From NCBI GenBank assembly GCA_951406725.2, contig OX597815.1, positions 159,588,001 to 159,652,000 of the forward strand: DNA of 64,000 bases, given 5' to 3'. Origin of the DNA: Octopus vulgaris (Eukaryota). A model generated the notes under the pieces. The model was not told the origin of the DNA. It saw nothing but the letters and a program-made list of their open reading frames with translations, and did not search any database. Made by a program: the position numbers and the translations under genes. Positions 42,005 through 53,396 of the stretch are shown here, piece by piece (the first letter of the stretch is position 1; each line of letters begins with the position of its first letter).

Positions 42005-43985
42005 TTGCGTCTTATTTATGTTTTTCATCATTTGGGACTGTACAGTCAATTATCTGGCACTTTCTATTCTCTTTATCTACTACTCCCAAATCAGGCCTTC
42101 TAGCTTCTATTACTCTGTTAAAGTCCCACATCTTGTACTTCTTACTTTCTAGTACTTTACTAGGTTCATATTCATACCATTTATCAGTATGTTCAAATCC
42201 TAGCTCCTTGTGGATTACTCTCCCCAGATTGTCATGTCTTTTCTTGTATTCTTTTTGTGCCAGCATGCTACATTCACCTACTATATGAGTAACACTTTCC
42301 TCTTTTGATTTGCACAATCTACATTGGGAAATCTACTTGGTTTTTGTCTATTTTGGCTTTTATCCAATTAGTCTTTAATGCTTGATCTTGTGCAGCTACT
42401 AACAAACTTTCTGTTTCCCTCTTCAGCTCTCCCATCTGCACTACTACTATTTGCTGAAACTATCTTTGGGAATCTACCATGCAACGCCTTCTCATGCCAG
42501 TCAGATATTTTCTGTTCTTTTATCTGGTTTTTAAGTTCATTTGGTGTTTTGGTTTCCCTGTGCTTTGCTCTGACTCTAGCAGCTTTTAATAAACTTTCTT
42601 CACTATTAGTTACATAGGACTCTATATCTACTCTAGCTAACTCCACGCGGTTTTCCAGTGATATTAACCCTCTTCCACCTTCCTTTTTATGTAGGTATAA
42701 TCTTGCTACTCCTGCCCTTGGGTGGGGTCCTCCATTCATATTGAATTCTTTCCTAGTTCTTCTGTATAGCTTTGCTAATTCAGTTTTTGTCCAATCTACA
42801 AAACTTGCTGAGTATCTAAGTAATGATACTGCCCAAATATTTACAGCCTTCACTAAATTCGAACCATTTAGCTTTGACTTCATTAGCTTGCTTACCCTTC
42901 TGATGTACTCCTCAATTTTTGCTTTCATTGCTGTAGTTAGTACTCTGTCAGATTCTAATACTCCTAAATACTTATAACTCTCTCCTCCTTTCAATGATTT
43001 TAATATCTGGCCATCTGGTAATTTGATACCTTCACTGTTGACTACCTGTCCCCTTCTCATGACTAATATTGCACACTTATCTATGCCAAATTCAACGCCT
43101 ATATCTTTGCTGAAGAGTCTTACAGTCTACATTAAGGAATCTATCTCATTTTCATTTTTACTAAAAAGCTTCAGATCATCCATGTAGAGCAAATGGTTAA
43201 ATTTTCCATGACTATTTCTGAAATGATGTCCCGCCCTTGCCTTCCTTAATACTAAACAGAGGGGGATCAAACAAAGAACAAATATTACAGGGGACAGCGA
43301 ATCCCCCCTGGGAAAATTCCTGTTTTGATATTAAATTTCCCTAAAAATGTGCCACCTGAGTATAGATCTACTTTCCATTTCTTCATGCTAGAGCTAATTA
43401 GTTCTCTTATGTTGTCTGCTATACTGAATATACTCAAACATTCACTTATCCATGAGTGTGGGATCATGTCATAGGCTTTCCTATTATCTATCCATGCTAT
43501 TGTTAGATTTTTCTTTCTAGCTTTTACTTCATTTAGAACTGCTTTGTCTATATATAACAGATCATATGTTCCTCTAGCCTTCTTCCTGCAACCTTTCTGT
43601 TCTTCTGGTAATAAATTCTGATTGTCATGGTGCTCGTAAATGCTTTCTGAAAGCATTCCTGTTAACAGTTACTACACTAATGGTAAGCAAGTGATTGGTC
43701 TATAGTTGCTAGCTGTACTACCCTTGCTCTTATCCTTCATAATGAGTATTATCCTCCCTCTAATCATCCCGTCTGGTATTATTCTTCCATTAAGGCAATC
43801 CTAAAGTTGTTGCCTCATCCTCCTATGTAACATACTGAATTTCGTTAGCCAGTACCCTTGAGCTAAATCTGATACTGGACCCTTCCAATCTTCCATTTTC
43901 CCTAACGCTTTACTCATGAATGCACTAGTTAATCTTAAATCTGGCTGCTTCTCACTCACTCACTACTTCTTCTCTCACTTTCTTT
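42005..43985 (-). mobile_element. R4/Dong-like non-LTR retrotransposon fragment (RT, CCHC motif, restriction-like endonuclease)
   Basis: LLPEEQKGCRK, WIDNRKAYDMIPHSW, HLLYMDDL (~43170-43195), YKYLGV, RLYL..KEGGRGL, CKSKEESVTHIVGEC..LAQKEYKKRHD and RPDL..VDK...IIDCTVP; frameshifted and truncated at both ends. Confidence 0.88.
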
Positions 43986-45493
43986 AATCATGCTGCATCT
44001 CCATTGTGATTGACTGGTTTATCATCAAATGGTTTGGCCGGAGCTGGTAAGCTTGAGAGCTGCACCAGGCTCTGGTCATTTGTTTTGGCTTGGTTTCTGA
44101 AGCTTGATGCTCTTCCTGATGCCAACCAGTCTACAGAGTGTACTGGGTGCTTTCTATGTGTCACCAGCATGGGTGCCTCTTATGTTTCACTGGCATGGTT
44201 GCCTTCTATGTGTCACCTGAACAAAGGTGCTTGTGACATGTTTAAGTCAGCTGCACAAAGGTGCAGGTGACTTAAACGTGTCACTAGCAAAGGTGCTATT
44301 TATGTGTCACCAGCACAGGTGCCTTTTATTATTGATTAAAATTTAAACATGCAGAAAGGAAATGATAACAAAGCACTTTGTCAGCTAAATTTGAAGTTAA
44401 TCTGTAGTAAAGCAAAACTGAATATTATATGATATTTTACCAAGCTGTTTATGATAACTTGCTGCCTCTGTTAACATAAATATTAAAACTTAATTATATC
44501 CTGTATGTATTACAACATAGAAGGTAAAAAATAAACAGAAATAAGCAGTTCAATGATAAACAAAAATGAAAAATCTCCCCAAATCTCTTTAAACGAAGAA
44601 GCCAAAATATTTATGAAAAACCTAATCACCATATCGCATACAATACCGTACACTTGTGTATGTTTGTGTGTGCATATCTTTCTCAAAATGCCTTTCTTCT
44701 CTGCTAATTTGCTTAGTTTCTTTAGTTCTTCCTCCAGGAAAAATATAGAAGAATTTCTTGTATGTTTTCCTTCTTTCCTGTTTTCTAATAAACAATACTC
44801 CTTCAGGGAAATATTCTCCATTTAATGAGATAGGTAATCTGATAATTGACTATCCATTTTACCAGAAATTCACTAAGTAATATTAATAGCCATCACACCA
44901 ACACATGTAATCTATGTAAAATGCTTTCCTTCCATGAATATTTTAATGAGCTGTTATTCTCTGCTGCATTGTTGGCCATAGCTGTCAATAGCAAGTCTTA
45001 AAAACACCAGATTAGTGGGTTTTTTTAGCTAAATTCTGTAAAACTCTCAGGAGAGTTTTAAACTTTCCTGGAGCACTTTATATTCATCTTAGTATGTTTT
45101 CAAAATATTATTAAAAAAAAAAATGATAATAAATTCATTTATTTGATAAGTATATTTTTAAAATGGAAAATGCCTTGTACATAAACACTCACACACACAC
45201 ACACACACATATATATAGCAGCTTTAATTGCTAATTTTGTGAGCTATATAGAAACTATTGGCTTATTGAATTTCTTCACAACTTTGAAATGGGTAAAAGT
45301 GTGTAACTCTCAATGCCAATAACTTGTTATTGTGTCTTGTCACATACTCTCTAGTTTTCTTCTCTATACCAACCACAACTGCTTGAAGCTTATAAACTGC
45401 CTACATTTGGATTCCCGGATCCTATTAACATATGTCTGTCTGTCTGCTTGCCTGCCTGTCTGTATGTATTTATAAGTGTGTGTCTATATGTAT

Positions 45494-45526
<33 letters not shown>

Positions 45527-45539
45527 GTATTGTATATAT

Positions 45540-45945
45540 AGGCACAGGAGTGGCTGTGTGGTAAGTAGCTTGCTAACCAACCACATGGTTGCGGGTTCAG
45601 TCCCACTGCCTGGCAACTTGGGCAAGTGTCTTCTGCTATAGCCCCGGGCCGACCAATGCCTTGTGAGTGGATTTGGTAGATGGAAACTGAAAGAAGCCTA
45701 TCGTATATATGTATATATATATATATATATATGTTTGTGTGTCTGTGTTTGTCCCCCTAGCATTGCTTGACAACCAATGCTGGTGTGTTTACGTCCCCGT
45801 AACATAGCGGTTCGGCAAAAGAGACCGATAAAATAAGTACTGGGCTTACAAAGAATAAGTCCCGGGGTCGATTTGATCGACTAAAGGCGGTGCTCCAGTA
45901 TGGCCGCAGTCAAATGACTGAAACAAGTATAAGAGTATAAGAGTA
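45540..45945 (+). mobile_element. SINE family A, full length, young
   Basis: CpG-rich copy with an (aagagtat)n tail. Confidence 0.9.
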
Positions 45946-46334
45946 TATATATATTTATATATATATATATGTATGTATGTGTATATAATATATATACACA
46001 CACACACAACAGGCTTTTACACAGGCTTTATTGACCCAATTCACAAGTTGTTGGCCTGCATGCAGCTTTAGTGGAAGATATCTACCCACAGAGGGTGTTG
46101 CACAGAGGAATCGATCCAGAAATCACTTGGTTACAAAGTAGGCTTCTTAACAGCACAACCATAAATTTATATATATATATATGTGTCTATATAATGTGTG
46201 TGTGGAGAGGTTGAATTTTAATTCATCCTTTACTTTGGAGGGTTCCAAAGAACAATTTTCTAACAAAGATTCTTCATATTTTGCTGGTAACTTACTGGCA
46301 TAAGATTTTTGCGAATATGAAATTATTAATACAT

Positions 46335-46928
46335 GTATATGGTGTGTTATGAGAATCTATGGAAAAGTATCCCATAGAAACTCAACAAGTATGTTAAAAA
46401 ATGGAGAAGAGATGTTGAAATATAAAAGGATTTTGATACATGCATATGATCATTTTGAACAGTGATATTAACATGTAAATAACATGGAAGAATGATTAAA
46501 ATTAATTTGATTAAATTAAATTAATTATATATCACTGCTCTTGTCAGTGCAAAAAGTATACAATAGGAATTACTCTAGGCTCAACAACATTCTTTAGTAT
46601 GCTCTCCATTTTCCATAAGGATAAAATATGTTTATCCAAATTTTTGTTACCTGCCATTTCCTTCATCAAGTCTTCTGTAATAGTAATAATTCCTGTTGTA
46701 TACTTTTTGCATTGACGAGAACAGTGATATGTAATTAAGTTAATTTAATCAAATTAATTTTGATTATTCTACCATGTTATTTACATGTTAATATTGCTGT
46801 TTAAAATGATCGTATGCATGTATTAAAATTCTTTTATATTTCAACATTTACTCTTCTCCATTTTTTAACTTACTTGTTGAGTTTCTAGTGGATACCTTTC
46901 CATAAATTCTCATAACACACCATATACT
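46335..46928. repeat. Long fold-back repeat: ~240-bp arms, ~105-bp spacer
   Basis: 46335-46574 is the reverse complement of 46682-46928 at roughly 90% identity by eye. Confidence 0.92.
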
Positions 46929-47010
46929 TATACATATTTATATATATATTTATATATATTCGTCCAAGCAATGCCAGCATGGAAGACGATAATTATATAT
47001 ATATATATAT

Positions 47011-47230
47011 TTCTTTACTACCCACAAGGGGCTAGACACAGAGAGGACAAACAAACAGATTAAATCGATTACATCGACCCCAGTGCGTAACTGGTACTTA
47101 ATTTATCGACCCCGAAAGGATGAAAGGCAAAGTCGACCTCGGCGAAATTTGAACCCAGAACGTAACAGCAGACGAAATACGGCTACGCATTTCGCCCGCT
47201 GTGCTAACGTTTCTGCCAGCTCGCCGCCTT
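47011..47230 (-). mobile_element. SINE family C, young copy inserted in (TA)n
   Basis: CpG-intact; absent from the duplicate block at 48257-48700. Confidence 0.88.
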
Positions 47231-47247
47231 ATATATATATATATGTG

Positions 47248-47585
47248 CTGAGACCTCCTTTGGTCATGGCTGACCATGGGATTGCACCTAGAAAGTTACC
47301 CTCCCAGGCACAAGTCCAGGCAAAGTTGTTTATAGAAGACCAACAGTCGCCCATGCATACTGGCCTCCTCTCTCCGTGCCACCAGTGTTATCTAAGGGAA
47401 AGGCAAAGGCCGATACAGCTTGACACCTGTGACATCGCAACTCATTTCTACAGCTGAGTGAAGTAGAGCAATGTGAAATAAAGTGTCTTGCTGAAGAACA
47501 CAACACGCAGTCCGGTCCGGGGATTCAAACTCACAACCTTACAATCATAAGCTTGACACTCTAACCACTGAGCCATGTGCCTTCA
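47248..47585 (-). mobile_element. SINE family B copy (duplicated at 48358-48683)
   Basis: Two copies share private variants and flanking sequence. Confidence 0.88.
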
Positions 47586-47598
47586 CTATATATATATA

Positions 47599-48250
47599 AC
47601 GGGAAGCTTTATGAAAATAAACAAAAGACGAAGGCAGGTGGAAAACAAACGAACAATTGTATTAGTATGGCGCTCAGGAAATATAAATAAAACAAGTCTT
47701 TAACGTTTCGAGCCTACGCTCTTCAACAGAAAGATACACAGAGAGAGAAAAACACAGAAAGAAGGAGAGAAAAAAATGCGTGCAGTAGCTAACGAATCAA
47801 CATGGCGATCTGATTTCGGCCAGAGGTCAAAGATCAAACATGAGACGCGAGAGCGAAATAAGGGGAGATAATAGGGTTGATAAAAGGGTTGAGGGACCAG
47901 CTAAAAGTGCGTGGGAGGGGTCTGGATGTGTGTATGTATAGGGTTGGTGTATGTATTAGTATGTATAAGGGTGTGTGTGTGTGTGTGTGTGTGTATGAGA
48001 GAGTATTAGTGCGTAGGATTGGTCTGGACGTGCGTATGTATGGGGTTGGTGTATGTATTAGTATGTATTAGTATGTATTAGTACGTATTGGTATGTATAG
48101 GTGTGTGTGTGTGTGTGTGAGAGAGTATAAGTGCGTGTGCGGGGTCTGGACGTGTGTATGTATAGGGTTGGTGTAAGTATTAGTATGTACTAGTATGTAT
48201 TAGTACGTATTAGTATGTATTAGTTGGTGTGTGTATTAGTATGGCACATC
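47599..48250 (-). mobile_element. Putative Penelope-like element terminal fragment with (gtatta/gtat) tandem repeats
   Basis: Contains a hammerhead-like motif typical of PLE pseudo-LTRs; CpG-rich; no ORF recognised. Confidence 0.55.
47697..47734 (-). ncRNA. Minimal type I hammerhead ribozyme-like motif (variant core)
   Basis: Minus strand reads UCUUU-CUGUUGA-A-GAGC-GUAG-GCUC-GAAA-CG-UU-AAAGA. Confidence 0.6.
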
Positions 48251-48316
48251 ATATGTATACATATTTATATATATATTTATATATATTCGTCCAAGCAATG
48301 CCAGCATGGAAGACGA

Positions 48317-48356
<40 letters not shown>

Positions 48357-48684
48357 CTGAGACCTCCTTTGGTCATGGCTGACCATGGGATTGCACCTAG
48401 AAAGTTACCCTCCCAGGCACAAGTTGTTTATAGAAGACCAGCAGTCGCCCATGCATACTGGCCTCCTCTCTCCATGCCACCAGTGTTATCTAAGGGAAAG
48501 GCAAAGGCCGATACAACTTGACACCTGTGACATCGCAACTCATTTCTACAGCTGAGTGAAGTAGAGCAACATGAAATAAAGTGTCTTGCTGAAGAACACA
48601 ACACGCAGTCCGGTCCGGGGATTCAAACTCACAACCTTACAATCATAAGCTTGACACTCTAACCACTGAGCCATGCGCCTTCAC

Positions 48685-48723
<39 letters not shown>

Positions 48724-50932
48724 GTATGACTGGCTTTATGTTTCCAGCCATCAGATCCCCTCACAAGGTTCTGGTGGACTCAATGATATCGTAGAAGGTA
48801 GGAGGCAGTTGTCCAAGATGCTGCACAATGGAGCTAAACTTAGAAGCCACACAATTGGGAAGTTCACATTTTATCCATATAGGTATGCATGTGTGGTGTT
48901 ATAGTTTTTCACTGGAAGTTTAGCATATATCTATATACATTCTCAGAACTTTATTTCTCTGAATGCATTGATCAAGATTCTTAGAAATTTGCTGTGACTA
49001 CAGTGTTATCATCGGAAGGCCATTTAGCTGATTGCATCTCACTAAACGAAGGAGTCTTTTAACAGAATGGTGAACTCTTTGGAAGCTAATTAGTAGTGAC
49101 AAGCTTAAAGGAATTAGTGCTCTTCTCCTAACAGGTGTTAATACATAGTAGGCTATTTTAATTAATTGTAGTGTTCATGATGCTTACCAACATATGACAC
49201 CATAAACAGCCAGCAAGGTGGATAAATTGCTCTTTGCTTGAGTGATTATTTCTCCAACACTTTATGTATGTATACTTGTGTGCTTATATGTTTATGTGTG
49301 TATGTGTGTGTGTGTGTGTGTTAGTAGAGGTGTTAGCTATGGAGGGAGAGAATTAGTTGCTTAAAAGAATAACTGAGTGTTTCACTGTTCCACTGAATAA
49401 CACACTAACATGACATAAATAGACAAGCACTCCAGCTGATATCTGTTTCCATGTATAATCCTATCCTGGCATATATGTGGTTTCACCTCTGTATTTTCCC
49501 ATGCACACACACACATACACACACACAAACACACAATCCTGATTTATAAAAAGCCCACAATAGAATCTCTCTACATGATTATTCAACTAGTAAGAAATAG
49601 CAGCCAAATTTCCCTTTATATTGCACCTAGTCATCAGAAGAATGTGAAGGATACATTGGAAAACTTAGTCCAAGAAACATTCTTAAAAAAAACAATGGTG
49701 GAGGGGATAGTCAAAGTGGGAAAGCTTTTGGTTATTGATCTTTTGATCTTTTTGATCAGGATTATCCTGAGTTAAATGAAACCAACAACCAGATCTCACC
49801 CATATATTCTACCTGCTTTATGTCCAAACCGGCCAGATCCAGCCTCTCACACCTGAATTTATTCTGAAAATAAATAATCACATTGTTAAAATTTCAAAGC
49901 TATGAGATAATGCATGATTAATTCAAAACTATATGAATAAATAAACAATACATTTGAGAGAGTAATCTGAATGAATAAAGGGTTAAACTTGGATTGAACA
50001 CAGCTGTGATACACCTTACCAACAAATCATGAATACTATTATATTTGTATATCAGAACTGTTGCCAGTATTGATACTGCTGGATATTTATGGTGTATTTT
50101 GATATTTGCTTCAGCTTTTGTATATTTGTCTCACTATTATGGATTCTGCTAGATGATGGTTATTGATGATATGTTTCAATATTTGGTTTTTCATATATTT
50201 GTCTTGCAACCTGAAAACTGCTACTAGAGTCTTAAAGTACAAGTGATTACTAAATAATTATTATACTGTCTGAAGTACTTGAAATAACTTCTTTTTTTTT
50301 TTTGTGATGAGTAAACCCATGGAATTTAAAGTACTGATATATTATAATAGAATTGTTGTAGTGAAAATAATGTCACGATAGCTTTATAATGTAGGTAGAT
50401 CCTAAACTCACATAAGAAAGTTAGGTCTATGGAGTTTCATGATAAGAACTGGCTCAGTGCCAGACAAATCGTCTTGTGGCATTCAGTTACCTCCCTTTTC
50501 ATGCTCATTTCTAATCCTGTCCATTTTGACTTTGTCTGTCATCCTTTTGGAGTTGCTTCTCTTCTGTACCACTAAATCAGGTAGACTAATGAACAGGGTT
50601 ATTCTTCTATTAACCTTTTTCTTTTCAGAAATAATGTATTTAAGACTGCATTGTCCAATAAGTCTTCCTATTTTTGAAGCAGTTGACTTATTCCTCTGAA
50701 GTCGATATAACAAGTACCAGTGTGGATTGATTAAATCAACTAAATTTTTCTCAGAATTTGCATTTTGCCAGTGGAAAAAATTCATGTAGTTAGACTTCAT
50801 ACTCCAGCAAGTTGCATGAGAAAGGAACCAGTACACACTGTAAAGTGGTCGGCATTAGGAAGGCTATCTGTCCACAGAAAGCATGTCAAAGTAGACACAG
50901 AAACAAAACACACACACACACATATGTAAATA

Positions 50933-50991
<59 letters not shown>

Positions 50992-51936
50992 GTACTCATA
51001 TATGTGTATACTGTCATTTATACAAACACATTTGTCTTATTTTAGCATCCTAGACCTTTCATACACTTTATATGAGCCTTTATAAATCAGTTGAGCATGA
51101 TTCTGATACAGTATAGATTCGATATGCTGCTGTTATTTCTGATAGCCGAAATGACATTTTGCACAGCTGAATGGCTATCATGATATATGTACTTATTTAT
51201 TTATATGTACTTAGCTTTCCAAAAGAGATGTTCCCCCACCCCCCATCTTTTCATTATCAAGAATCATTCTCCCATTTCTGCTAATCAGTTGCTAATCATA
51301 AGGGAATTTTTTTTTTACATACATTTCTCTTTTGCCCCCTAAAGACCTCTTGGCTTGTTAGATTAAATGATTCATTGCTAAATTCATCAGAGGAATGTAT
51401 TGTTTTTTATTGCAATATTATCATTATTAGTACTACTACTACTACTACTTCTACTACTACTACTACTACTACTACTACTATTTTGTGATTGTTTCTTATT
51501 GATTTTCATTATTTTCTGTTTTTTCTTCACTCCACCCTTCTCCTCTTGCTGCTTCCTGCTCTCCCATGTCCCACAGTTTTGAATAAAAGCACTGACTTGA
51601 TCTGATTGCATTTCAATGATTCTTTCTTCTGATTCATGCCAAACATTTGGAGGTCAGATGAATTACTGTATAGATTTGATTGAGTATCAGCTAGGAAGGA
51701 ACCTTCCAGATTTTTAGACTTTTCGGTTATCTCAGGGACAATTATTCCCGGATAGAGATAAGAAAATCAGTTCCACAAATTATCTGAATAAATATCTTAT
51801 CAATTAGACAAATGAATTTACTGATTCTTTCCAAAGTAATCATTCCTTTTTACTTAAGTTACTTCTAACTAATCTCCTTTTAAAAGAAAATATGTACATT
51901 GAGAAACTCACCCCCCTCTCTCCTGCCATCTATCTC

Positions 51937-51980
<44 letters not shown>

Positions 51981-51981
<1 letters not shown>

Positions 51982-52342
51982 TAGCAATGCATCCTGGCGT
52001 TGCCCAGATGTTATGACCTACAAGGACATTGTATTATTTGGTCCTTTCTTATGGGAAGAATCAGCACAGCTGATTTATAGTTAATGGAGTAATGGAAGTT
52101 ATTGTTTGTTTAATAATGAAGAGTAGGGGTACAATTTACATGAAAGTGCTTTCTGTTCTCAAGAAGGATCAGAAACTATGTATTGTTTCATCGTATAAAG
52201 GGGGTTAATATGATTTTGTCCAGACATCATGTTTTCAATATGTAAATTTCCCCCTATCCCCACCATAATTTCTTAATCTGTAACTTTTATTTCAAATTTC
52301 TTTTTGTTATTTATACTAGAAAAATATAGAGATTATGAATTT

Positions 52343-52383
<41 letters not shown>

Positions 52384-52462
52384 AACTTATAAAATTGATA
52401 AAATTAAACTTTAAAGGTATATAGGATAAAATTTTTTCGAAAATTTTATCCTATATTAGATG

Positions 52463-52506
<44 letters not shown>

Positions 52507-53357
52507 TTCTGTTATAGTTTAATTTTTCTTAACAAGACACTCAGTGCCCCTTCCTCCACCTCACCCACCCATCACCTACCAACTTTCAAAAAGCTAAAAT
52601 CTCCCAATTTTTCACTTTTGGCTGATGTTTCCCACATGCGTAGATTCTACTAAAATAGTAGACTTAAAAAATACCAGACCACCACCAGAAACCTAACATG
52701 CTAGAAACTTCCCCATTTTCCAAAAAGCTAAAAGTGAAACTTTGGGAGTGTGTAGCTTTTTGAATGTGGTGAGGTGATGGGTAAAATTCTTTAAAATTTG
52801 TACTGTTTTTTCTCCATGTATTACCAAGAATAAAAATTTGTGAAAAGTAGAAAATATATTGGGTGTGGAGGGGGAGAAAATTAAAATATTGAGAACATAT
52901 TTTGTGGGTGAAATTGTACTCTCCTGTATCGCAAACATAGGAATAAGAAGAAATTTAGGAAAAAAACTTCCTTTTAAGTTTATATTGAAGATCATGTTTT
53001 TAAATATGCTCACCATAAACACAAATTACACAATAGCAAAAGACAATTTCAATTGGATTTGAACTGTAAATTTGCATGTGCACACTGCAAGAAATAACAT
53101 AATTCACACAGAAGTTTTACCTAGAATGTGTGTATGTGTGTCAAAGGAAGTTATTTTATGGCATTCTTTCATCTGAAGAAGCAAAGTTGTCAAATCAAAA
53201 TATATGAGATCATGTGATTGCTTGTTAATTTCTGTATGCTTTGAAGAGAGCAGAAATTGAAAGAGAGGATAAAGTGAAAAGGTGACATTTGCTTTGAAGT
53301 GAGTGAAGAAAGTAAAAGAGAAGAGAAAGTGTAAGATGTATGTGTATGGGAAAGAGA

Positions 53358-53396
<39 letters not shown>

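Noticed and set aside
41635-42288. 217-aa + strand ORF
   Set aside because: Antisense read-through across the RTE, a microsatellite and the R4-like fragment.
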